A DNA stretch of 64,000 bases from Cyanophora paradoxa CCMP329 (taxonomy: Eukaryota; Plantae; Glaucophyta), in the NCBI GenBank assembly GCA_004431415.1, contig QPMI01000272.1:1-64000 (forward strand), in the 5' to 3' direction. Made by a program: the position numbers and the translations under genes. Shown in pieces: positions 48,942 to 58,800 of this stretch (position 1 is the stretch's first letter; every line of letters begins with the position of its first letter). Under the pieces are notes generated by a model. The model saw only the letters and a list, made by a program, of their open reading frames with translations, was not told the origin of the DNA and did no database searches.

Positions 48942-49918
48942 CTAGGCGGCCTTGCGCGCGCGGGACTTTGCGGCGACGGCGCCGTAGCCGAGGAGGCCGG
49001 CGACGGGGGAGAGGAGGAGCGGGAGGACCCGCTTGTAGCCGAACGCGTACAGGTACCCTGCGTCGCGCGCGCCCGAACCGAATCAGAATCGGCCGAACGG
49101 ACGAGCTAGAGGGGTCCGGATGGGCCCGAAGGCGGGGGCACCGAGGAAGGGCACGGCGCCGAGCATGTCCTGGTACACGTAGCAGTCCTCCTGCCTCACG
49201 ACCTTTCCTGGGAGCGGGCGGCAGGCCGCGGGGTCAGGGGCAGGCCGCGGGGTCAGGGGCAGGTGGGAACCCAGGCGGGCCAAGACCTTGGTCGTTCAGA
49301 TCGATCTTCAAGATGATACGGACGGGGAAAGAGATGAACGGCAGCCCGCGCATGTAGTACCGCTGCGCATGCAGGACCCGGACACGACAATCAGCGCGGG
49401 TGTGCAAGAGGCCCAGCTGCAGGACGGCCGCAGTGCGGAGTCCTAGGCCTACGCGCCTGCTTCGTGTCGATAAAGAGACGGGCAGGGCTGCCTGGGGGCG
49501 ATCCAGCGACGTGCACGATGTCGACGTCAATGCGGGAGAAGATGCGCGGGAGCATGTAGAACTGGCGGCCCACGCCCGCGCGGCCCGACACTGCGGCGTA
49601 GGATACAGATCAGTGAAGTCGAGCGCATGGCAGCGAGGAGAACTCGTCACCGTTCATCCAAGGATCAGACCACAAGCATGACTCTGAAAGCGATGGAGTG
49701 GGAACGGCGTGAGAGAGGGCGTGATGGAATTGAGCGCGGAGAGGGCCAGACTTTGACGCGCACCATCGTAGTGTTTCTCAAAGACATGGCGCTGCTGGTT
49801 GACGTCGACCGTGTACGCGGCAACGAGGTGCCGGGCCAGCGCAACGAGTCTGCGAAGGAGCGAGCGCGCGGACTCGAGACGCTCGCGGGCGAGCGCATGC
49901 GGATCACGCACGCCTCAT
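48942..49918 (-). CDS. SnoaL/NTF2-like fold protein
   Basis: Spliced reading MRLVALARHLVAAYTVDVNQQRHVFEKHYDESCLWSDPWMNVSGRAGVGRQF...LKIDLNDQGKVVRQEDCY...SRARKAA*; Y-x-x-x-x-x-W-x-DP and GKVVRQED fit NTF2-like patterns. Start codon uncertain. Confidence 0.65.
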
Positions 49919-50200
49919 CGTACGCCATCGTATTGCCTCCGGCCGTCCGATCGCAGCAGCGAGTGGCGCCGAGTGACGGCGAGTGTGCCGGCCGGGGTAC
50001 CGTTGATCGATGCCAAGTTTCGTCTGGCTCTCCTTGTACGCAAGGAGGGCCTCGGCGGCGCTGCCGGGGTGGCTCGCGAGCTCGCCGTTGCGACCTAGAC
50101 TCGCGCAGCTGCGGCCGGCACGAGCGATCGGCTCACGTACGCGATCGCCCGCACGGCTGCCCGCCACGGCTCACGGACGTCACTGCAGCCCTATTCCAAC

Positions 50201-53200
50201 ATGCTCGAGTTTTCCTGGGGTCGAGGACGCGTCTGGTCCGCTTCGCCGCCGATCACGCTGGCTCACGGACGCCAGTCGTGGGCGTCGCTGCAGCGCCTCA
50301 CAGCGGTGCTTCCCCGCGTTGGTCCCGCATCTTTGGCTATTGCAGCTAACGCTGCATTCGCAGCAAGGGTCCGCCCGTCGACCGCGAAGCGAAAACAGGC
50401 AGGAGAATCGACGCCGTCGCCGCCCCTACCTCCTTCGCCCGCGCCCAGGCGCCGCGAGACGAAGCCTGCGGCCAAGGATGCGGCGAAAGCGGTCGCGGGC
50501 ACTTCGCTGAAGTCCGCGGCCGACGTCACGCGGGAGGACTACGCGTGGCTGTGCCGCGAGGTCTGGCGACACAACCGGTTGTACTACGACGAGGCGCGTC
50601 CCGAGATCAGCGACGCCGAGTTTGACAGGCAAGCGGGCGAGGCATCCGCTCGTTCCGCGCCGGAGCCGCCGCTGACGGGCGGCGGCGCAGCCTCCTGCGG
50701 ACGGTGGAGGATGTGGAGGGGCTGCACCCCGAGTGGGTCCTCCCGGACTCGCCGACGCAGCGCGTGGGGGAGCGCCCGACGCCGCGCCCGGGCTTCCGCA
50801 CCGTGCAGCACGAGTCGCCGATGCTCTCGCTCGCCAACACGTACTCCAAGGCGGAGCTGGAGGACTGGCTGGAGAGGCTGCGCAAGGGCCTGAGCGTGCC
50901 GGACGGGGAGCCCGACCCGAGCCTCTGCATCGAGCTGAAGGTGGACGGCGTCGCGATCTCGATCACGTACGAGCGCGGAGTCCTCGCGCGCGCCGTCACC
51001 CGCGGCGACGGTGCGCCCCCCGCGCCGCTCCGCGCTTCGATACGCGCTGAGCGTCCTGCAGGGTCCGTCGGGGACGACGTGACGGAGAACGCGCGGGCGA
51101 TCGCGGGGCTCCCGTGGCGCCTGGAGGGCGACCCGCCGGAGCGCCTGGAGGTCCGGGGCGAGGTCTACATGCCCGTCGCCGCCTTCGAGGCCCAGAACGA
51201 GGCGCGGCGGGCCGAGGGGCGGCCCGAGTGGGCCAACCCGCGCAACGCCGCCGCCGGCTCCCTCAAGCTCCTCGACCCCTCCCTCGTCGCCCCGTGCGCT
51301 CCCGGCCGCCGCCCCGCGTCGCTCCCTTGCGGCCCGCTCACGTGCCCGGTCGGCAGGCGCGGCCTGCGGGCGGTTCTCTACGCGATCGCGGGCGAGTCGG
51401 GGCGGGCGCCGCGGCGGCAGGCGGAGGCGCACGAGGCCATGGCGCGCTGGGGCCTCCCCACCCTCCCCGCCGACCTCACCCTCCCCGACTGCCACTCCCG
51501 GGACGAGGCGCGCCCCTCGCCGCCCCTTGCCGCCCCGCCCGCCGCTCACGCCGGCCGCCCCGCGCAGATGTGGGCGTGGATCGGGCGGGTGGAGGCGCGC
51601 CGCCCCTCGATCCCCTTCCTCATCGACGGCGTCGTTCTCAAGGTCCGCCGGCGCCCACCGCTGCGGGCGGGGGCCCATCGCGTCCCCGCCGACGGGACCG
51701 CCGGCGCAGGTGAACGACTCGGCGAAGCAGTCGGCGCTGGGCTCGACGGCCAAGCACCCGCGCTGGGCCATCGCCTACAAGTTCGCCCCCGCCGTCGCCC
51801 GCGCGCGGTGCGGGGACGCCCCCCTCCCGCAGCGAACGCGGGGCTCACGCCGGCGCGGCAGCGTGCAGGCGATCGTGGTGCAGGTGGGGCGCTCCGGGGT
51901 GCTGACCCCCGTGGCCGAGTTCGATCCGCCGGTGGCGCTCGCCGGCTCGGTGGTGCGGCGGGCCTCGCTGTACAACCTCGCGGAGATCGCCCGCCTGGAC
52001 GTCCGCGTCGGCGACGAGGTCCTCGTCGCCAAGGGCGGCGACGTCATTCCCAAGGTGGGCCCCCTCGAAAAGGAGGAGGAGGGGGACGCGCGCCTCAAGA
52101 GGGGGCCGCAGGTGCTGGAAGTCGTGGAGCAGCCGGGGGAGGCGCGGGGGCCGGCGTGGGAGCCCCCCTCGGAGTGCCCGTCGTGCGGCGGGCCCGTCCG
52201 CGTCGAGGCCCTCTCGCCGGGCAGCGCCCCGACCCTCCGCTGCGTCAGCGCCGTGCGCGCCCTCCCTCGCCTCCCACCGCGGAGCGCCCGCCCGCCCGCC
52301 CGGGCCGCTCACGGCGGGGCGCAGGGCCGGTGCGAGGGCCACCGGCTGCAGCGGCTCGCCTATGCGACGGCCCGCGACGCCCTCGACGTCCACGGCCTCT
52401 CCGCCGTGCGGGCCCCGCGGCCCTCTCCCTCCCTCCGCCTCGCAGCGCTGACCTCGGGGCGCGCAGGGCGTTCTGGCGAAGCTCGTCGAGGCCGGCCTCG
52501 TGGACCGCCTCCCCGACCTCTTCGCCCTCGACCGTGCGCGCCTGCCCCCGAGGGGCGCGCGCTGCCCCGCCTGAGAGCGGAGCAGCGGAGCGGCTGGCCG
52601 GGCTGCGCGGCCTCGGGCCCAAGTCGGCGGGGAAGCTCGCGGCGTCCCTGGAGCGCGCCCGGCGCTCGTGCGACCTCACCCGCCTCCTCATCGCCCTCGG
52701 TGCGGTCCCCGCCCCGATTAGCAGATTGGCGGCTCGGTCTGATGCCGCCGGGGCCCAGGCATCCCGCGCGTCGGGCGGCAGACGGCGGAGGCGCTGGCGG
52801 CGGCGCTCGTGCCCGGGCGGGCGGCGACGGCTCGCGAGGCGGCGCACTCGCTGACCCGGATGAGCCCCGCCGCGCTCACCGAGCTCGCCCTTTCCGTCCC
52901 CGGCATCGGCCCCGTGCGCTCTGCTCTCTCTCCTCCCGCTTGCGCCTCCGCGCCTCGCCCCCCGCCCCCCTCTCACGTGTGTGGGCGCAGCTGACGGCGG
53001 AGGGCCTCGTGACCTTCTTTGGCGCGAAGGAGAACCGCGGCGACCTGCGGGCCCTCCTCGAGGCTGGCTTCCTCTCCGAGGTGCGGGGGGGGGGGGGGGG
53101 TGGGGGGGGAGGGGGGGGGGGGCTAGGGGATACGTGGTTCTTTAGCGTTCATGGGGGCCGTGGCGCGGCCGGCCTCGCTCGGGGCTCGCCCCGAAGCGAC

Positions 53201-53841
53201 AGATGGCCGGGCCAGCGCGGCGCGGGGCGGGTCTTCCGTCCTTCGCCGCGTCCGCGCTAAGCCGCACCGTCCCCTAGAGCCCGATGCACATCATAGTACG
53301 CCGCGCCGCGTCCCATCGGCCGTGCGTCTCCATGGAGCACACATTCCACTTATTCCCTGCCCGTAGCGCAGAGGCCTAGCTAGCCTCGCCGCGCCTCTTA
53401 TCCCCAGGAGTCACAGCGGCGGGCATCTGACGCTGGCCCGGCAGGACACGGCACCCCGGGCGGCCGCGCCAGCCGCGCAGGAGGCGCCGGCGGGGGAGCT
53501 GCCGCTGGCGGGGCTGAAGGTGCTGGTGACGGGCCGCGTGCCCGGCCTGTCGCGGGCCGAGGCCCAGGGGCGGGTGCGCGAGCTGGGCGGGCAGCTCTCC
53601 TCCGGCGCGACTGTCACCCGCGGCGTCTCCCTGCTCGTGAGCGCTCCTCTGTGCGCTCCTCTTGGCTCCGCGTCTCACGCGACGGCGACAGGTGGTGGGC
53701 GAGGGCGCGGGCGCCGCGAAGCTCGAGAAGGCGGCCGAGCTCGGGACGCGCGTCCTCCCCGCTGAGGAGTTCGCCCGTCTTCGGCCCGGCGACAGGCTCC
53801 CCGCTTCCGAGGCCCCGCCGGCGCCCCCGGCCTCCTCCTGA
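50201..53841 (+). CDS. ligA: NAD+-dependent DNA ligase (bacterial LigA type) with about 14 spliceosomal introns and N-terminal leader
   Basis: Domain Ia HNRLYYDEARPEISDAEFD, SPTQRVG, PMLSLANTYS, motif I ELKVDG, TRGDG, EVRGEVYM, WANPRNAAAGSLK, IDGVVLK, PRWAIAYKF, OB-fold VQVGRSGVLTPVA, KGGDVIPKV, Zn finger CPSCG...C...C, HhH GLGPKSA / GIPRVG / GIGP, BRCT VLVTGRV...GAAKLEKAAELG; stop TGA 53839-53841. Confidence 0.96.
53153..53345. repeat. 193-bp direct repeat, copy 1 (inside a ligA intron)
   Basis: Matches 54037-54229 with 3 substitutions by manual comparison. Confidence 0.9.
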
Positions 53842-54036
53842 GGCCGCTGTACCATCACGCCCTTTCTCCTTTCTTGAACTTCGCGCGCTTTCTCGCATTG
53901 CTTTTTCGGATGTCTTGCTACACGCCCCTTGTACTTTACTATATGCATATGCAGAACTGTCTCCAAGGATTGCGCCATGCTTTTCTTTAGACGCCCGCCA
54001 GACTTCGACATTGAGCTCTTTCATTTGATCTTTTTG

Positions 54037-54229
54037 GGGGGCCGTGGCGCGGCCGGCCTCGCGCGGGGCTCGCCCCGAAGCGACAGATGGCCGGGCCAGC
54101 GCGGCGCGGGGCGGGTCTTCCGTCCTTCGCCGCGTCCGCGCTAAGCCGCACTGTCCCCTAGAGCCTGATGCACATCATAGTACGCCGCGCCGCGTCCCAT
54201 CGGCCGTGCGTCTCCATGGAGCACACATT
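54037..54229. repeat. 193-bp direct repeat, copy 2 (downstream of ligA stop)
   Basis: Matches 53153-53345 with 3 substitutions. Confidence 0.9.
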
Positions 54230-54433
54230 TCCCTTCCCGAACTCACCCCTCGTAGAGCGTTATTCTTCCCCTGCCCCCGGAGGCCTAGCTATAGGCCCAG
54301 CTGGGAGAGCACAGGCACCGCCGCCGGACTCGTGGGGGCCCACGTGCACTGGGGGGGCGCTACACAGCGATCGGTAAAAGGGCAAACCGCTCCATCCCCC
54401 CTGGGGGGCAAGCCCGCGGTACATAATTCGGCC

Positions 54434-55315
54434 ATGGCGTTCGCAGCGCCCTGCTTCGCGGCGCGTCCGCAGGCGACGCCCAGCGTCCGGCAAGCGTCTA
54501 GCTCGCAGCTGCGCAGCCAGGAGCCCGAGCGGAGCCTGCTCAGCTCCCGTCAAAGCGGGCTCTTTGGCGCGAACCTGCGGCGGTTCGAGTCGAATGACAG
54601 CATCTCGTGGCATGCGGATGTCACTTGTATGGCCAAGCCGGCGCCGTCCTCCACTCCATCCACGTCGGCACCGGCTGCGGGGGTCCCCCCCGTGCCTCTC
54701 ATCGGCGCCGGCATTGCTATCGCTGCCGCTGCATTCTACGCGTACAAGAACTGGCCCGAGAGTGAGCACGTCCCCCATTTCCGCGCAGGCGATGCTCTAG
54801 AGCTTTCCCGGCGACGCTCACCAACCGCAGTCCAGGAGAAGATCAAGAAGGGCGAGCTCTTCAAGGCGGCCCCTCCTCCGGGCTCTGTCGATGAGGACGA
54901 CGACGGCGAGCCGAAGAAGGGCCCCGTGCTCTACAACTACGAGTGCACCAAGTGTGGCATGGTCATCTTCCCGGCGCCCCACGCGAAGATCTGGACCAAG
55001 GTCCGGGCGATCCCTGGAGATCCTTACCGTCCCCCGAGTGCATAGCTGACTGGCGTCCGATCCAGTTCATGGACGAAAAGACCGGCGAGCTCCGCGAGGA
55101 CTTCAAATGCACGAACCCGAAGTGCGGTGCGGGGCGTGAGTCTTTCGTGAAGAAGATACCGAAGAAGGTGCGCGCGCCTTTCCTCTTCCTCTTCCGGCGC
55201 TCACTTGCTGCTGCAGTTCGATCCGTCGCGCCCGCCGCCGCCGCCGCAACCCCGCGAGGCGCCCGCGGCTCCCCCGGCCGCCCCGACCACCGACGCTTCC
55301 GGCGAGTCTGCATAG
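54434..55315 (+). CDS. Rubredoxin-like protein with transit-peptide-like leader and one transmembrane helix
   Basis: Leader MAFAAPCFAARPQATPSVRQASSS...; TM PLIGAGIAIAAAAFYAY; YECTKCGMVIFP ... DFKCTNPKCGAGRESF; three introns; stop TAG 55313-55315. Confidence 0.82.
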
Positions 55316-55883
55316 CTTTCTCTTTTCCTCGCCGGCAGCTATGAAACAGTTTTGATAATGGTTCCTCCTGGGGTTTCTTTTCTTTCACTGTAACACGTTT
55401 TTCCTTGTCGTGGCTCTCTTGGATTAGTGTGAGTGCATTCTCATGATCAGTACATATGCTTCTAGCTTGAGAATGAACTTCGGAATTCGAAAGCTTCCTA
55501 GACTCCGAGGCTCCAATTCAAACATGGTGCCACCCGCGACTCGGCGAGACGGGCAGTGGTTGGGGCGACGCCGGGCCCCCGAAAGGAAGGAGAGGCCTAG
55601 GGAGGAACCGGGCAGATGGAAGCAATCGAAGTTTGATGCATATGGCGGCGCGCACAGGGGGCTGGCCACGGGTCCGCGGCTCGACTCCAGCCGCTTCCAC
55701 TTCGAGCTGGGCTTAAGCACTGCGGCATGCGCATGCGGCTCGAGCTCATCGTCTTAGCTAAGCGCGCCAACCATAGCTAGACCCGCTTGCGCAGGCGCTG
55801 AACACTGACAAAAGCCTATGAGTTGGCAGCCAACGCAAGTTAGCCTTCGGACTTAGCTAGCAACCGGAGATAGCGAGGACCAT

Positions 55884-58800
55884 ATGGCAAACGCGTACGA
55901 TAGCTACAGCTATCTCAGCGACACCCGAGGGCCGAGCGACTGGGACTTCGAGGCGTCTGGCTACACCGGCCAGTCCGGCCTGTCGAGGGCGCGCTCGGCC
56001 GTTCCATCGGCACTTCGGGCCGCTTCCAGCCTCGGGGCCTTGATCGTCCCGCCCGCTGCCGGTCCGCAGCGCTGCCGCGCGCGCTCTCCATCTTTGCACT
56101 GACGGCCGCGGTCCCCTGCGGATGCTGCGCAGAGAGGCCAAAGACGACTACCGGCGGGCTGCGCGGGAGGGCGATCGGCGCTTCAAAGACAGGAGCCTGG
56201 GTGGGCCGCGACGGCCACGTCGAGAGCAATGTCCACTTCAAGAAGCGCTCGCAAGGAGCGCGCCTGGGCGCCAGCAGCTCGGCGGGGGGTGCCCGGCTTG
56301 CCGCCCCCGCGCTCCTGCGCCGCTGAGGCGTGCGCGCGCCCGCAGCGCTGCCGGCGGTGCCCCCGCTGATGCACCCGGAGTGGAACCGGCCCTCGACCAG
56401 CGCCTCGGCCCTCTCCATGCGGCAGCAGCTCTTCACGCCGAGCGGCACCGTGCGCCCGCGCTCGCCCCTCGCGCCCGCCGCGCGCCGACGCCCCCGCAGA
56501 TCCGGCCGGCCTCGCGGGCAGCGCAGAACGCGGGGCGGCGGCGCGTGCTCCTGGGGCGCGACGAGGAGGAGGAGCAGCGGGTGCGGGGCGCCCCTCCCTC
56601 GGGCCCCCCCGTCGCCCCTGACGCCCCGAGACGCGGCAGGCTTCCTCCGCGGCGCTGCAGCTCCTGCTCCCGCCGAAGACGCCGGGGCCCGGGGCGCGCG
56701 GGGGGCCCCGCTCGGGGCCGGAGAAGCCGCCGGCCAGGCGCTCGGGGTTCGACCCGCGGAACGCGATCCAGCAGGCGCGCCCCGGCGCCCCGCCCCGCCC
56801 CGCCAGTCTGACTTGGCGCAGATGTGGGACAAGGAGTTCGCGGCGATGATGGCCGAGTCCGAGGTCCGCGCCCCCCGGCGGGGCGACACGAAGCAAAGCG
56901 GGGCCGAGGCGGCGGGGGCGGCGGGGGCAGGTGGAGGCGCAGAAGATCGTGGACCTGCGCTCGCGCCTCCTCTCCCAGATCATCGACGAGGAGGGCTTCC
57001 ACCTCGAGAAGGCCCCGCGCTCGCCCGCCCAGCCGGCCCGCGGTCGCCCCTGGGCCGAGCGGGCGGGCGGGGGCAGGTGCGGGGCGCGTTCGACGGGACG
57101 GAGGAGGCGGCGGTCGAGTTCCTCGAGGGCGCCGAGGAGTGGCTCCAGGTCGGGCCGGGCCCCCTTGCTCCACGGGGCGCCCCGCCTGTTCTGAGGGGCG
57201 GGTGGCGGGGGCAGCGGAAGGAGGACGAGGTGTGGGCGGCGGCGGGGCTGGACCCCGAGGAGCCCGTCTTCGCCCGCGAGCGCGAGCGCGTCCACTCCGC
57301 CGCCCTCGCACGCAGGTGCGGCCCGCCCCGCCCTCGGGGAGGGGCGAGGGGGCTCTGAGGGCGGGGCGGCGCGCAGGGACGAGATGGAGCAGCGGCGGGC
57401 GCTGCGGGGCGTGCGCAGGCTCAACGAGGACCCCTCCGCGGCGGCGGGCGCGGCGACCGGCCGGCGCCGTTCCAGCTTCGGCCTCGGCCTCAACGGCGGC
57501 GGCGGTCCGCTTTCGATCCCCCGTCCTCCTCCCCCTTCTCCTCCGCGACGTGAGCGGGGGCGGGGTGCAGGGGCGCGGGTGCGGCGGGGGAGCGTGATGA
57601 TGCTGGAGCGGCCGGAGCCGCCGCCGCACGACGCGGGCGAGGACGCCCTCCAGCTCTCCCGCTCCTCCCTCCTCCAGGCGCGCACCCCTCCGCCCCGGCC
57701 CCGGCCCCGGCCCCGCTTCCGCCCGCCCTCGGCCTGAGCGCCGCGCGGGCAGGACGCGCTGGAGCGGGCGGGGGCCCCCGCGGACGGCCGCGAGGACACC
57801 GCCCAGGGCCAGAGGTGCGCGACCCCGCGCTTCTCGGCAGCTCGGCAGCTCGGCAGCTCGGCCTCGGTCCCTGAGGCTCGCCCGCGCGCGCCGTCCCGCA
57901 GGCAGTGGGCGGTGGAGAAGGAGATGGAGCCGGACGACCGGGCGCTGGAGCTGATGACGGCCGCCGCCGCCGCCGCCACACGCCGCGCCCTCGACGAGCT
58001 CGAGGAGCTCAAGGAGCGACGCCGGGCGGGGCACCCCGTCACCGTCCGCGTCTGCGTCTCCTGCACCACGCGGGCCCGCCATGCTTCCGCCCCGCCCTGC
58101 CTCTTCCGCCCCTCCTCTCACGCTCTCGCGGGGCAGGACACGCACGGGGAGCGGCAGTGCCTGCAGGAGGCGAGCGGGATCCCGGCCCGGCCCAGGCGGG
58201 GCGGGGGAGGGCGGGCGGGCTGAGGGCGGGGCGGGGGCGCAGGAGGTGGCGCCGGCGCTGGACGCGTGGGGCGCGCAGTACGGCATCCGCTTCGAGTTCG
58301 TCGACGCCGCCACCCGCGGTCCGCCCCGCCCCTGCCCCGCCCCCGCCCGCGCCTGCCCTTGACGAGGCGGGCAGCGGCGCGGACGCGGGCGGAGCGGGCG
58401 CCGGAGGTGAACGCGATGTACGACGCCCTCGACCGCGTCGACGCGTGCGCCCCGCCCCGCCCCGCCCCCTCTGCACGAAGGAAGACCCCGATCTCGGGCG
58501 GGCGGGGCGCAGGTGCCGGCCCTTCTTCGTGGGGATCGTGACGCAGCGCTGGGGCGAGGTGCCCCCGCGCTACACCGACCAGCCCGGCGGCCCCGCGGCG
58601 CCCCACGCCCGCTGGCTCGACCTCTGGAAGCCAGGCTTCTCCGTGCCCGCCCCCCCGCCCGCCCCGCCCGCCCCGCCCCGCCCCGCCCCCCTCGCCTGAC
58701 CCGAGGGGCCGCGGGGCAGTTCACGGCGCTGGAGCAGGTGTACGGGGCGGTGCGGCTCGGGGCGCAGCTGGCGAGCCGCCAGCACGCCTTTGTCTTCCTC

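Noticed and set aside
50201-53841. ligA as bacterial contamination or a prokaryotic contig
   Set aside because: It is split by host-style spliceosomal introns and is contiguous with clearly eukaryotic genes.
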